A program made the translations under genes and the position numbers. The notes beneath the pieces are model-generated. The model was not told where the DNA came from. It saw only the letters and a list, made by a program, of their open reading frames with translations, and did not search any database. Below, piece after piece: positions 18,283 through 29,403 of a stretch of 64,000 nt of DNA. The stretch comes from an uncultured Bacteroidia bacterium (GTDB lineage: Bacteria > Bacteroidota > Bacteroidia > JANWVE01), in contig CALIZB010000045.1 of assembly GCA_938028625.1 (NCBI GenBank), forward strand, positions 192-64,191, given 5' to 3'. Numbering within the stretch: the first letter of the stretch is position 1; every line of letters begins with the position of its first letter.

Positions 18283-18840
18283 AATAAAAATACAAATTAC
18301 TTTAAACAAAGTAAGTGTAATTTATTCATTCAAAAACAGATATATCGGAACTTTTTAACATAAACCTTGACAAGAGTAAAAAATCATCTTACTTTTGCAG
18401 TCCGCTTTTGAATATGACGCAAAACCGCACTATTGTTTTTGTAGCAGTTTCTGTTACCGCATACCTTACACAGATTGTATGCAAGCGCGGGCGCATGTGG
18501 ACAAAATTATCCCATATTCAAGAAGAAAGTTTTGCATTATTTAACTCTATTGTAGAAAAATTAGCAGACCTTATGGACAAAAAACCTGTCATTATTTTTG
18601 TCCCCGTATGTTTATTATTTTGGTCTGCAACAGAAAACAGCACTTTTTTTGTCAATGAAGTAGAATTAAGCAAGATAGGACAGTTTTGTGCTGCACCATA
18701 ACTATCCATTTGTTCATTACTGTCTGTTTTTTTACTGTTCAACCTGTTACAAATTATCTCATTGCCAATTCTTTATTGTCAATTATCTATAATTCATTAT
18801 CCATCACAAATTTTCAATTTTAATTATTTCAACTTAATAT

Positions 18841-21800
18841 ATGCGAAACAGAAATCTCATATTAGTATTTACTGCCTTATTGGCACTCATCTGTATCTAT
18901 CAGTTGTACTTTACATTTGCATCTTATCAGGACGACAAACGCATCAACAGAATGTCCAAAGCCAACCGCGAAAAGTACTTTGAAAATCCAAAAAATTACC
19001 AAAGCTATTTAGATACCAAAGGAAAAGCTATTAACCTTGGATTAGACCTTCGCGGAGGTATGCACGTAGTTTTAGAAGTTCAGGTATCGGAATTAGTTCG
19101 TAATCTTGCCAATAATCCTGCGGACCCAACACTAAACAAGGCTATCGCAGAAGCACGCGAACTACAAAAAAACCGAAATGCTTCATTTGTTAAACTCATG
19201 ATAGAAAGCTACTTAAAACTCAATCCTAATGGCAGATTAGCTACACTTTATGCTAATGCTACAAATGGGTTAAGTTTAAGTTCTTCTAATAGCGAAGTAG
19301 AGGCTTATCTCAACAAACGTGTAGAAGATGCTAACGAAAATGCTTTCAAGGTACTCCGCAAACGTATTGACAAATTCGGGCTTACTCAGCCTAATATTCA
19401 GCGAGTTCCTAATACAGACCGTATTACCGTAGAACTACCCGGGGTAACAGATACGCTCTCTGTAAAACGTGTACGCCAACTTTTACAAGGTTCTGCTAAA
19501 TTAGAGTTTTGGACAACGTACGAATTTCAGGATATTGTGCAATACTTACAACAAGCTAACGACCGTGCCAAAGAAATTCTAAACGAACAGCCTAAACCTG
19601 AACTTAAAACAAAAGAAGATAGCTTAAAGTACGAGGCACAGCAAAAATTAGAAAAACAAATTCAGGAATATCGCAGAAAAACTACCGAAGAACTCAAAAA
19701 AGATACAGTTTTAGCTAAAAATGCCGTCCTTAAAGCCAAAGTGGATTCTATTCGCAAACGCGACTCCTTGATTTCCAAAGATGCTAATCAGAGTGAAGCA
19801 GAATTCAAAAAAGAAAATCCGCTTTTTGGTATGCTCAACTACTTTTTGTTAGGAAACCAAAACCGCTTGGGTAAAGGTCCTATGGTAGGTGCAGCGCACA
19901 GAGCAGATACCAGCAAAATCAATAAAATTCTTAAACATCCTTACGTAAAATCTATACTTCCTGCTGATGTAAAATTCTTATGGGCGGCTAAACCTATGAC
20001 TAAACAGGAAGCAGGTACAGATAAACTCATAGGTGCTATAGAATTAATAGCCATTCGTACTAATAAAGAAAATAAAGCTCCATTAGAAGGTGATGTTGTA
20101 GTAGAAGCTACACAAGGTTTTAACCAAGATAACAACGAAGCCGAAGTAAATATGACTATGAATGCACGCGGTACTCAGATTTGGAGAAGATTGACCAGTG
20201 ATAACGTAGGTAAAGCTATTGCTATTGTATTAGATGATGTAGTGTATTCTTATCCACGTGTAAATTATGCTATTACAGGCGGACGTTCTCAAATTACAGG
20301 TAACTTTACCGTTAATGAAGCCAAAGACTTAGCAAACGTACTGGTTTCAGGTAGAATGATGGCACCTATTGTGATAGCACAAGAGCAAGTAATAGGACCT
20401 TCTTTGGGACAAAAAGCTGTTAAGCAAGGGCTTTGGTCTATGATTATAGCCACTATACTGATTATGATAGCTATGGGCTTTTACTATAATAAAGCAGGTA
20501 GAATAGCCGATATTGTACTTATTGCTAATATATTCTTTATTATTGGAGTGTTAGCTTCGTTTGGATTAGCTTTAACATTACCTGGTATTGCAGGTTTAGT
20601 ATTAACTATCGGTATTGCCGTAGATGCTAACGTACTTGTATACGAACGTATACGTGAAGAATTAGCACTCGGAAAACGCTTAAAACTTGCTATTAGTGAA
20701 GGTTTTAAAAACGCTCTTTCCTCTATCCTTGACGCTAACATTACTACTTTGCTCATTGGTATTATCTTGTATCGCTTCGGTTCAGGACCTATTCAAGGTT
20801 TTGCTACTACGCTCATTATTGGTATTTTATGTTCATTATTTACCGTAGTACTTCTGACACGTATTGTTTTTGATTATCTTGCCGCTAAAAATGACGATAC
20901 TGTTATCACTTTTGGTAACCGATATACCATGAATCTACTCAAAGGCTTTAACTTTGATTTCGTAGGCAAACGCAGATACTTTATTATAGGTTCATGGGCT
21001 TTGATTGCCTTGGGGATTATTTCTATGGCAACACGCGGCTTAAACTATGGTGTAGATTTCAAAGGAGGACGTGAGTATTATGTGGCTTTTAATAAACCCA
21101 TAGAAACTTCTGATATTCGTACTAAACTTTCACAACCTTTACAAAGCGCCCCCGAAGTAAAAACCTATGGTAGCGCTAACCAAGTACTTATTCGCACAAA
21201 CTACAAAGTAGATAACCGTGATGAAAAAACTGCCCAAGAAGTAGAAAACTTATTGATAAGTTCGCTCAAATCTAGCTTCCCTGGTAGCGACCCTAAAATT
21301 CTCTCATCTCAACTCGTAGGACCTACTGTGGCAAAAGACATTACATATAGTGCGTTCAAGTCTATATTTTTGTCTTTAATAGTTGTATTTGCGTATCTCT
21401 TTATTCGCTTCCGCAGATGGACATTCAGTACAGGTGCAGTAGTAGCCCTCGCACATGACGTACTCATGATTTTCTCTGTTTTCTCTCTACTTAATGGTAT
21501 TGTACCTTTCTCGTTAGAACTTGACCAAGCATTTATTGCGGCAGTACTAACCATTATGGGTTATTCTATGAATGACACCGTAGTTGTATTTGACCGTATC
21601 CGCGAAAAAATACGTAATAACCCTTCTATTGATGAACGTACCAATATCAATCAGGCAATTAACGAAACACTCAGCCGTACTTTGATGACCTCTATCCTGA
21701 CCTTGATTGCGGTAATTGTATTGTTCTTTGCAGGAGATACCCTGCGCGGATTTAACTTTGCTTTGTTGATTGGTATTATTGTAGGTACATATTCTTCTAT

Positions 21801-21879
21801 CTTTATTGCAACTCCTGTGGTATTAGATTTTGGTAAGAAAAAACCTGCAACAGTTACAGAAACATCTAAAACGAAATAA
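18841..21879 (+). CDS. secDF: Protein-export membrane protein SecDF (fused SecD/SecF).
   Basis: 1012 aa. Periplasmic domain followed by two RND-like 6-TM bundles, matching fused Bacteroidota SecDF architecture. Confidence 0.85.
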   Translation: MRNRNLILVFTALLALICIYQLYFTFASYQDDKRINRMSKANREKYFENPKNYQSYLDTKGKAINLGLDLRGGMHVVLEVQVSELVRNLANNPADPTLNKAIAEARELQKNRNASFVKLMIESYLKLNPNGRLATLYANATNGLSLSSSNSEVEAYLNKRVEDANENAFKVLRKRIDKFGLTQPNIQRVPNTDRITVELPGVTDTLSVKRVRQLLQGSAKLEFWTTYEFQDIVQYLQQANDRAKEILNEQPKPELKTKEDSLKYEAQQKLEKQIQEYRRKTTEELKKDTVLAKNAVLKAKVDSIRKRDSLISKDANQSEAEFKKENPLFGMLNYFLLGNQNRLGKGPMVGAAHRADTSKINKILKHPYVKSILPADVKFLWAAKPMTKQEAGTDKLIGAIELIAIRTNKENKAPLEGDVVVEATQGFNQDNNEAEVNMTMNARGTQIWRRLTSDNVGKAIAIVLDDVVYSYPRVNYAITGGRSQITGNFTVNEAKDLANVLVSGRMMAPIVIAQEQVIGPSLGQKAVKQGLWSMIIATILIMIAMGFYYNKAGRIADIVLIANIFFIIGVLASFGLALTLPGIAGLVLTIGIAVDANVLVYERIREELALGKRLKLAISEGFKNALSSILDANITTLLIGIILYRFGSGPIQGFATTLIIGILCSLFTVVLLTRIVFDYLAAKNDDTVITFGNRYTMNLLKGFNFDFVGKRRYFIIGSWALIALGIISMATRGLNYGVDFKGGREYYVAFNKPIETSDIRTKLSQPLQSAPEVKTYGSANQVLIRTNYKVDNRDEKTAQEVENLLISSLKSSFPGSDPKILSSQLVGPTVAKDITYSAFKSIFLSLIVVFAYLFIRFRRWTFSTGAVVALAHDVLMIFSVFSLLNGIVPFSLELDQAFIAAVLTIMGYSMNDTVVVFDRIREKIRNNPSIDERTNINQAINETLSRTLMTSILTLIAVIVLFFAGDTLRGFNFALLIGIIVGTYSSIFIATPVVLDFGKKKPATVTETSKTK

Positions 21880-21898
21880 AGCTAGTCATTTAACCTTG

Positions 21899-21936
21899 AA
21901 ATCCCTTATTCTCTTACGAATAAGGGATTTTTTATG
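21899..21936 (+). terminator. Rho-independent terminator after secDF.
   Basis: 13-bp perfect stem aaatcccttattc / gaataagggattt, loop tcttac, then a T-run. Confidence 0.7.
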
Positions 21937-21966
21937 TACAGCAAGTTATTTTCTTACTTTTGCACT

Positions 21967-22983
21967 ATGAAACATTTTAATATATGTTTGACAATTATTC
22001 TCTTCCTCGTTACAACGCTTTATGCTTGTAAAACGAGTAAATCCAATGTTAAAAACACTAAAAAAACAGAAGAGAAGGAAATCACGGTAATAAAAAAAGA
22101 CGTTAAAGCCAATATTCTTTTTGATGCAACCAAAGCCGAAATGGCAGGCAACGCAGACTGGGTTATAGATGCTGATATGTATAACCTTGGTACCGTCAAT
22201 AATGGAAAAATGGGCATCAGTAAAAAAGGTGAAGCTAATCCACAACGCTATCCTACACCCAGCATAGATAAAATCACTCCTTCCGATACCGAAGATATTT
22301 GGAAAGGGGCTTTATCCGCATGGGGAATAAGTTTAGTTAAAGCAAATTATGGTGTAGAAACTTTACCTTATGATGGAAAAATTACCTATAAAGACCCTTC
22401 TAATCCACAAGATTTAAGCCATTATAAGGTTTTTGTTGTTTGCGAACCCAATATTTTATTCACTCCTGATGAAAAAAAAGCTATTTTAGCCTTTGTGCGC
22501 GATGGCGGAGGTTTATTTATGATTGCCGACCACCACAAATCTGACCGTAATAATGACGGTTGCGATTCGCCTTGTGTTTGGAATGACCTTATGGAAACTA
22601 ATCCCTTTGGTATGCAATTTGACCAAAAATACTTTAATGAAATTACTGATAACGTGCTTACTTCGGACAAAAATCTTATTAACGGCACACATGGTAAAGT
22701 TAGAAGAGTAAAGTTTAGCGGTGGAACGTCTTTAACCTTGTTTCCTGATGTAAATCCTACGGTAAAAGGCGTAATATACAGCAAAAAAGGACAGTTAAAT
22801 AGCAACAAAGATGTTTTTTGTGCATACGCACAGTACGGACGTGGTAAAGTAGTAGCTCTTGGCGATAGTTCTCCCGCAGATGACGGCACAGGCGACCCTA
22901 ACGACAAACTTTACAAAGGCTGGACAGAAATTGACGGACACGCTCCACTTATCCTCAATGCAACAGAATGGTTAGCCAAATAA
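21967..22983 (+). CDS. Hypothetical lipoprotein.
   Basis: Signal MKHFNICLTIILFLVTTLYAC. Body unrecognised (…GGGLFMIADHH…, …VVALGDSSPADDGTGDP…). Confidence 0.45.
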   Translation: MKHFNICLTIILFLVTTLYACKTSKSNVKNTKKTEEKEITVIKKDVKANILFDATKAEMAGNADWVIDADMYNLGTVNNGKMGISKKGEANPQRYPTPSIDKITPSDTEDIWKGALSAWGISLVKANYGVETLPYDGKITYKDPSNPQDLSHYKVFVVCEPNILFTPDEKKAILAFVRDGGGLFMIADHHKSDRNNDGCDSPCVWNDLMETNPFGMQFDQKYFNEITDNVLTSDKNLINGTHGKVRRVKFSGGTSLTLFPDVNPTVKGVIYSKKGQLNSNKDVFCAYAQYGRGKVVALGDSSPADDGTGDPNDKLYKGWTEIDGHAPLILNATEWLAK

Positions 22984-23087
22984 TTCTTAATCAAAAGATG
23001 AGAGATTTTTTGGTATTTCAAAAGTTTTTATTCGTTATTGGTCATATTGTAAAAAAGTCATAGTCAAATTTTAGCGTATTTTGTACT

Positions 23088-24332
23088 ATGCTATGGGTCA
23101 ATATTAAAGAAGCCATACAAGCTACGCGAGCTAATTTGTTACGTACAATTCTGACAATGCTCATTATTGCTTTTGGAATAATGGCGTTAGTAGGCATTCT
23201 TACCGCTATTGACGGAATAAAATATGCTATGACAGATAAATTCTCACTGATGGGGGCGAATACGTTCAAAATTATGAACCAATCCTCTAAAATACGCATT
23301 GGGGGTAAAAAACGTCCTCGCTCTTCTGAAAAGAAAAATCCTGAAATTACTCAAAAAAACATACAAGATTTTATACAAAACTATACTTTTCCTGCCACTA
23401 TCAGTATCAGCAGTGCCAATATGCAGTTGGGTCAGGTAAAATATGAAAACCGTAAAACTAATCCCAATATCAGCATCAAAGGGGGAGATGAAGGTTTTTT
23501 AGTTGTAGAAGGATACAGTATAGCACAAGGTAGAAATTTTAATCTATTTGAGGTAAAAGAAGGTTTACCTGTGGTTATTATTGGGGAACAAGTGCGAAAA
23601 GAACTATTTCCTTATCAAAATCCTTTGCAAAAACAAGTAACGATTAACGGAAAACATTTTACAGTAATTGGTGTGTTTGAAGAAAAAGGTTCAGCATTAG
23701 GTTTTGGAGGAGATAAAATTGTGGTTATGCCATATCTCACTTTGGATAAAAATTTTGCCAATCTTACAGGAAATAAAAACTATCAAATCAATGTAACGGT
23801 AAAAGAAAATACATTATTAGACCCTGCCATAGAAGAAGCTCGTGCGGTGATGCGCAAGGTAAGAGGGTTAAATGTTCAGCAGGAAGATAATTTTGGTTTT
23901 ATCAAGTCTGATGCGCTCTCTACGCTTTTAATGGACGAGTTAGCTATTGTGAGAATTGCGGCTACGTTTATTGGTCTGATTACGCTTACAGGTGCCGCAG
24001 TAGGTTTGATGAACATTATGTTAGTCAGTGTAACAGAAAGAACTCGTGAGATAGGTATACGTAAATCTCTGGGGGCAACTAAGAAAAACATATTAAGTCA
24101 GTTTCTTACCGAAGCTGTGGTAATTTGTCAGTTAGGTGGGCTATTGGGCATTATATTAGGCATTTTGATAGGTAACCTTGTATCTGTTGCTATTGGTACT
24201 GCATTTATTATACCTTGGCTGTGGATAGGGGTAGCTGTTACCCTGTGTCTGATAGTGGGACTGGTTTCGGGCATATACCCTGCATGGAAAGCCGCCAATT
24301 TAGACCCTATTGAAGCATTGAGATACGAGTAG
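23088..24332 (+). CDS. ABC transporter permease, FtsX/MacB-like (MacB periplasmic core + 4-TM FtsX domain).
   Basis: 414 aa. N-terminal TM, large periplasmic domain and C-terminal FtsX-like TMs (…[18 protein letters not shown]…). Confidence 0.7.
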   Translation: MLWVNIKEAIQATRANLLRTILTMLIIAFGIMALVGILTAIDGIKYAMTDKFSLMGANTFKIMNQSSKIRIGGKKRPRSSEKKNPEITQKNIQDFIQNYTFPATISISSANMQLGQVKYENRKTNPNISIKGGDEGFLVVEGYSIAQGRNFNLFEVKEGLPVVIIGEQVRKELFPYQNPLQKQVTINGKHFTVIGVFEEKGSALGFGGDKIVVMPYLTLDKNFANLTGNKNYQINVTVKENTLLDPAIEEARAVMRKVRGLNVQQEDNFGFIKSDALSTLLMDELAIVRIAATFIGLITLTGAAVGLMNIMLVSVTERTREIGIRKSLGATKKNILSQFLTEAVVICQLGGLLGIILGILIGNLVSVAIGTAFIIPWLWIGVAVTLCLIVGLVSGIYPAWKAANLDPIEALRYE

Positions 24333-24333
24333 A

Positions 24334-24900
24334 TTATTTTCCGAAAAGTTCTTGTTCTACTCTTGCACAAAGTAAATGCGCAATAAGTTCATGTCCTTCT
24401 TGAATACGGGCTACATCAGTAGAATCTATACAAAAACAGTATTGGCATAAATCAAGCATTTTTCCCCCTGTTTTACCTGTAAAACCGATAGTTATACATT
24501 GTTTTTTAACAGCTGTTTCTAATGCTAAAAGCACATTTTTAGAATTTCCTGAGGTAGAAATGCCCATTACTACATCACCAGGATTAGCTAATGCCGAGAG
24601 TGGTTTTTGAAAAATATACTCAAATCCGAAGTCATTCCCAATAGCAGTAACTTCTGAGGAATTAGCAGTAAGAGCTATAGCAGGTAAAGACGCCCGTTTT
24701 CTGTTATAGAATGAACCTGAAAATTCCGCCGCCCAGTGTTGTGCATCAGCCGCAGAACCGCCGTTGCCAAAGATAAGCAGTTTATTGCCTTGTCTAAAAG
24801 CATGTATAAGTATCTGTGCTACCTGTTCTATGTATTGAGCTTGTGATAGAAGTTGTTGTTTTATCCGAATAGCTTCTTGTATTTCGTTATGAATGTACAT
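24334..24900 (-). CDS. gmhA: SIS-domain phosphoheptose isomerase (GmhA/DiaA family).
   Basis: LLIFGNGGSAADAQHWAAEF … GISTSGNSKNV, typical of D-sedoheptulose-7-phosphate isomerase. Confidence 0.6.
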   Translation of the reverse strand: MYIHNEIQEAIRIKQQLLSQAQYIEQVAQILIHAFRQGNKLLIFGNGGSAADAQHWAAEFSGSFYNRKRASLPAIALTANSSEVTAIGNDFGFEYIFQKPLSALANPGDVVMGISTSGNSKNVLLALETAVKKQCITIGFTGKTGGKMLDLCQYCFCIDSTDVARIQEGHELIAHLLCARVEQELFGK

Positions 24901-25036
24901 TTAAAGGACAAAAATACATTTTATCACGCGGTTATACAAATTCTATTTTTATATGTACAGCGTATAAACTTCAAAGTTTTTGATTATTTTCTTTTTTAGA
25001 TGGTGTTTGTCAAAAAATATAAGTACATTTGTTGTT

Positions 25037-25912
25037 ATGAACTTATATCAAAAACCACCACGCAGTCTGCCGTTTATACAGCAGTTATGTATTATTTTTG
25101 GAGGCATAGTTCAAGCTATTGGTTGGGTATTTTTTTGTGTAGGTTCTTTATTTATTGCTGTTTTTGGATACACAAGCGAACCTATCATAAAACCTAATAC
25201 AAAAAAATGGGATATTGTACAAGGTGTAGTGCGGCAAACATCGGCTACGTCTAGCTCTGAAAATAAAAGACAAATATACAAAATTACGTCTAACTATTTA
25301 TACAAAGGAATTACTTACGAAAACATATCCTACAAAGTAGGTATGCCATTAAGCATAGGTCAAAATATTTCTATAAAAGTGAATCCTAACAATCCAAGTG
25401 AAAGTGAAGCAGAAGGTTTAAGAACCCAACCCTTTTCAGGAATTGTAGTTATTTTTTTATCACCTTTTTTGATTTTTAGCTTATTTTTGATTATTCCGAA
25501 TGCAAGAAAAAATCTCAAAGCGCGTAATTTACTGCTATTTGGTGAGTTTACCCGTGGTACGCTAAAAGAAAAAAGAGCAACAAATACTACCATTACTATC
25601 AATAATGTAAGGTATCCTGTGTATTATTACATCTTTGAATTTGAATATATGGGCAAAAAACATGAAGCTCATGGAAAAACACATAAAGGCTGGCTGTTAG
25701 AAGACGAAGCCAAGGAAAAAATACTATTTAATCCTGTAAATCCTGCTGAAAATGTTATTTATGATGCTATACCTACAATGCCTAAAATAGACCCGCAAGG
25801 TAACGCAACCCTTACTGCCCAAAGTTATGGTAATTTAATTTTACCTGCTATCGGTATTTTATTATTTGTATTTTTCACTATTCCTATTCTGATGCGGCTG
25901 TTAGGGCTTTGA
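25037..25912 (+). CDS. DUF3592-like membrane protein (two DUF3592-type domains).
   Basis: TM segments followed by repeated …YxYxVxGxxY…NPxNPxE… modules. Confidence 0.4.
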   Translation: MNLYQKPPRSLPFIQQLCIIFGGIVQAIGWVFFCVGSLFIAVFGYTSEPIIKPNTKKWDIVQGVVRQTSATSSSENKRQIYKITSNYLYKGITYENISYKVGMPLSIGQNISIKVNPNNPSESEAEGLRTQPFSGIVVIFLSPFLIFSLFLIIPNARKNLKARNLLLFGEFTRGTLKEKRATNTTITINNVRYPVYYYIFEFEYMGKKHEAHGKTHKGWLLEDEAKEKILFNPVNPAENVIYDAIPTMPKIDPQGNATLTAQSYGNLILPAIGILLFVFFTIPILMRLLGL

Positions 25913-25944
25913 TAAATTTTATTGTGTATTTTTATGCACAAAAA

Positions 25945-27357
25945 ATGAAGTTATTCACTATACAAACATTTATTACAAACTGTTTTCCTTTGTATGTTTT
26001 AATTTTAAGCCTAGCTATTCGTTTGATATACACCTTACAATATCCTTTGCTTTTAGGTGATGGATATGAATATCATCAAGAAGCCGTAAATATACTCAAA
26101 TACGGTATTTTTTCTCGCAGTGAGTATCCGCCTATTGAACCTACCTACACGCGCGTACCTGGGTATCCTTTATTTTTGGCAGGAATATATTTCATTTTTG
26201 GAATACATTATCAATATGCACTTATTGTACAGGTTATATTATCTACCATAACCGCGTACTGGATATATCGTTTAATACTAGATAGTGCTATACCGAAGGC
26301 AAAGCAGATTGCATACATTTTTTTAGTACTAAATGCCGTATATTTTAGAGCAGATATATTTGTCAATCATATTTTAAGCGAGACTCTGACTACATTTATT
26401 ACAGTAGGTACAGCATATTACCTCATTCATCAAAAAAATCTCTATAAAACTGCTTTTTTATTAGGCTACGGCATGATAATACGCGTAGATATGGTTATTT
26501 TACCTGTTTTTATCTTGTTTTTTTTATGGTTATACCGAAATAAATATAAATTTTCATACAAAAAAGCGATTATTTCCATAGTTCTGCTGATGTTTCCTAT
26601 AAGTCTTTGGACACTTCGCAATGCTATTACTTTTGGAATATTTATGCCTGTTTCTGCGCCGTTTCCTGTGCATAGCGTATCTAAATCAGGGTTTGCGCTG
26701 TGGTGCAAAACATGGATTACCCAAGAAAATGAAATGCAAAAAGGACATTGGAGCATAATGTTTTGTGAATATCAAGATTTTGGTAAAGCAGATATTCCTG
26801 AATATGCTTTTGGGTCAGAACAGGAAAAAAAAGACATTTTACAGATACAAAATGAAATCAATGCTACACATAGTTATACTACTCAAATGGATAGTATTTT
26901 TAGACATTATGCTCATGAACATATTCAAAAAAAACCATTTAAGGTATTTGTTATTAATCCTATTCTCACCGCATGGCATTTATGGGTGCATACAGGTTCA
27001 GAGTATTTTTGGTTTTTGCAAGGAATATCTTTGTCTGATGCTTTAAAGCAACCTTTTACTTTGTTGCATAGCTTTAAAGTTGTATTGAGTGTGTTATACC
27101 TTTGTTTGTTAGTTTTAGCATTTGTGGGAATGATATATTTTTTTACTCACAAACTATGGAGATACAACCTATTCGTTTTTATACTTTTGATTTGGTTACA
27201 TAGAACGTCTTTTTACATGTTTTTATTTTTACCTGAACACAGATACATGACTTCTGCTATATGGGTGGTGTATGTATTTAGCATAATAGGTTTATTATAT
27301 ACGGTGTATGCCGTCAGAAATAAAGGTTTTTACCATTTGAATTCTTTGCCCCAGTAG
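25945..27357 (+). CDS. Polytopic membrane protein, possibly a GT39/ArnT-like glycosyltransferase.
   Basis: ~12 TM segments. First periplasmic loop LGDGYEYHQEAVN is weakly ArnT/PMT-like. Confidence 0.35.
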   Translation: MKLFTIQTFITNCFPLYVLILSLAIRLIYTLQYPLLLGDGYEYHQEAVNILKYGIFSRSEYPPIEPTYTRVPGYPLFLAGIYFIFGIHYQYALIVQVILSTITAYWIYRLILDSAIPKAKQIAYIFLVLNAVYFRADIFVNHILSETLTTFITVGTAYYLIHQKNLYKTAFLLGYGMIIRVDMVILPVFILFFLWLYRNKYKFSYKKAIISIVLLMFPISLWTLRNAITFGIFMPVSAPFPVHSVSKSGFALWCKTWITQENEMQKGHWSIMFCEYQDFGKADIPEYAFGSEQEKKDILQIQNEINATHSYTTQMDSIFRHYAHEHIQKKPFKVFVINPILTAWHLWVHTGSEYFWFLQGISLSDALKQPFTLLHSFKVVLSVLYLCLLVLAFVGMIYFFTHKLWRYNLFVFILLIWLHRTSFYMFLFLPEHRYMTSAIWVVYVFSIIGLLYTVYAVRNKGFYHLNSLPQ

Positions 27358-29075
27358 TATTCATCTTTTGATTTATCTTTGGGGGGAGGTGGAAATTGTT
27401 TTAAGGTTTGGAGTATCTGTCCTTTGGTTTTGTCGCTATACAAAATGACTTTTGTAACTTTATTTTTGTTGTAGGTTGCTTTGTAAATGGGGAATTTTTT
27501 GAGTGAGTAAGCCGTACACGTACCGTCAAGGTCATTGGCGTCAAAATAGCCTTCCCAGAGTAAAATCCCTGTATTTTTTTCATAAACTTTCCATTTTCCT
27601 TCTTTGAAACTATCTTCGTACATACCAATTTGTATCGTTTGCATACCGTTCCAATTAAGATCTTCTTCTTTCCAGATGCCGTTTTTTTTACCATCTATGT
27701 ACATTCCGTAATAGTCAAAGCAAGAGTCTTTGGTATTGATAATTTTCCATATACCTTGTTTTGTTCCCTCTTCATACATTCCGATGAGGTTTTTTTCTTG
27801 CCAAATTCCTGTTTTTTCGCCTTTTTTAAATTCACCTTTGGCAATAATTTTTCCTGTGCTATCTCTGAATATCCATATACCTTCTTTTTCGTCATCAACG
27901 TATTTTCCTGAACTGTTTCCTTCTTGCCATATTCCTTGCCTTTTGCTATTTATATATTCCCCTTGTTCTACAAAATTTTCCAACCAAATTCCTACTTTTT
28001 CACCTTTTTCATACCTTCCGCGAGATTTAGTAAGTCCATTTTCGTCAAATTCTACCCAGATACTATCTTCTTTACCATCTAAATACTTTCCTATGGCACT
28101 AATAGCTCCATTTTTATGATAATACCGCCAGATTCCTGTTTCTGCACCTTGTAAATTAAAATATCCCGAAGATTTTATTTTTTTGAAGTGCTCGTCCCAG
28201 AATGCGTTATATTTGCCTACGGGGATATGTTCATTGGTTTTGGGGTTTGTAATACATTCAAATTGTGCAATCAGGCTTTCTGTTTTTACTTGGCATATTT
28301 CTACTTTGGACTCATACATGACTTTACCTTGTTTGTACGCCGCTACCATGTCGCGAAGTCCGTTGGGTTGAAAAGAAAGCCACCTACCATCTTTTTTGCC
28401 TGCATAATATAGCCCTTCGGTTTTAAGTTGTTTATTAGGATGATAAGCGATATACTCTCCGTGTAATAAACCACCAAGATAATTTTCTTGTGCTTCAGTG
28501 TTTCCATTTTCATAGAAATATTCCCATAATCCTGTTTTTTGGTCATAATAGTACTGTCCTGTAACGGCTATATTTCCATTTGGGTAGAATCGTTGAAATT
28601 GTCCGTTCATTTTATCATCTGTGTAGGTCGTAATTTCATGAATTTTACCATCAGGGTAATAAAATTTGAATATGCCATTTTTTTTACCATTTTTATATGT
28701 TCCTTCTTCTTGCAAAATACCATTTTCGTTATATTCTTTACAGTATCCATGTTTAACATTGTTTTGGTAAAAGGCTTCATATCTTGGGCGATTTTCTGTG
28801 TAGTATTCTATCCATAAAGAGTCTTTTTGTCCATAAATATATTTGCCACTTACCAAAAGATAACTTCCTGTACTGTCCCAACGCTTATAGTATCCGTGAT
28901 AGAGTGGTTTTTTATACTCATCTTTGATATACTGATATTGCAGAATAATTTTTTTGGCTTTATTTTTTTCTGTATAGGTTTCTAGATATAGTTTGGGTGG
29001 TTTAGATTTTTGAGCATACAGCAACGGAGTTAGAAAGCCAAAAAAGAACAGTAACAGAAAGGTTTTTGTCATCAT
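27330..29075 (-). CDS. MORN-variant (YwqK-family) repeat protein, secreted.
   Basis: Signal peptide MMTKTFLLLFFFGFLTPLLYAQ plus >15 copies of the Y..NG.K.G.W repeat. Confidence 0.65.
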   Translation of the reverse strand: MMTKTFLLLFFFGFLTPLLYAQKSKPPKLYLETYTEKNKAKKIILQYQYIKDEYKKPLYHGYYKRWDSTGSYLLVSGKYIYGQKDSLWIEYYTENRPRYEAFYQNNVKHGYCKEYNENGILQEEGTYKNGKKNGIFKFYYPDGKIHEITTYTDDKMNGQFQRFYPNGNIAVTGQYYYDQKTGLWEYFYENGNTEAQENYLGGLLHGEYIAYHPNKQLKTEGLYYAGKKDGRWLSFQPNGLRDMVAAYKQGKVMYESKVEICQVKTESLIAQFECITNPKTNEHIPVGKYNAFWDEHFKKIKSSGYFNLQGAETGIWRYYHKNGAISAIGKYLDGKEDSIWVEFDENGLTKSRGRYEKGEKVGIWLENFVEQGEYINSKRQGIWQEGNSSGKYVDDEKEGIWIFRDSTGKIIAKGEFKKGEKTGIWQEKNLIGMYEEGTKQGIWKIINTKDSCFDYYGMYIDGKKNGIWKEEDLNWNGMQTIQIGMYEDSFKEGKWKVYEKNTGILLWEGYFDANDLDGTCTAYSLKKFPIYKATYNKNKVTKVILYSDKTKGQILQTLKQFPPPPKDKSKDEYYWGKEFKW

Positions 29076-29104
29076 TGTCAGGCAAAGTTAAGAGATTTTA
29101 GGTG

Positions 29105-29300
29105 ATGTTATGCAAATACAATGTACATGTTGCATTTTTGCTGAAAGAGTGAACCGTAGGGTGAGTGTCTTCGTCACAATGAGGATAGCAATTGAGTAGA
29201 GTGGTGATTGAGTAGCCCGAAGTGTGGTCAATGAACTCGCCAAACTGTACCGAAGTCGCTGATAAAAAAAGTTATTTCAGTACACTGCGCTACTCAATGA
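29105..29300. other. Intergenic segment of raised GC with inverted and direct repeats (attgagtag x2; gattgagtagc / gctactcaatg inverted pair).
   Basis: Direct reading. Lies in the 5' region of the MORN gene. Confidence 0.2.
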
Positions 29301-29403
29301 CTGCATTTTGAATGACAATCTGGAATAAACCCTAATAACAGGCATAAAAAAATACAGGAATACTTTTTGGGATATTCCTGTAAATTTTATCCGAAACTTA
29401 TAG

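Noticed and set aside
18408-18701. 97-aa ORF in the 560-bp ferredoxin–secDF intergenic region.
   Set aside because: No recognisable motif, no convincing start context, and composition like surrounding noncoding DNA. Could be real but unsupported. The long intergenic region may instead hold regulatory sequence for secDF.
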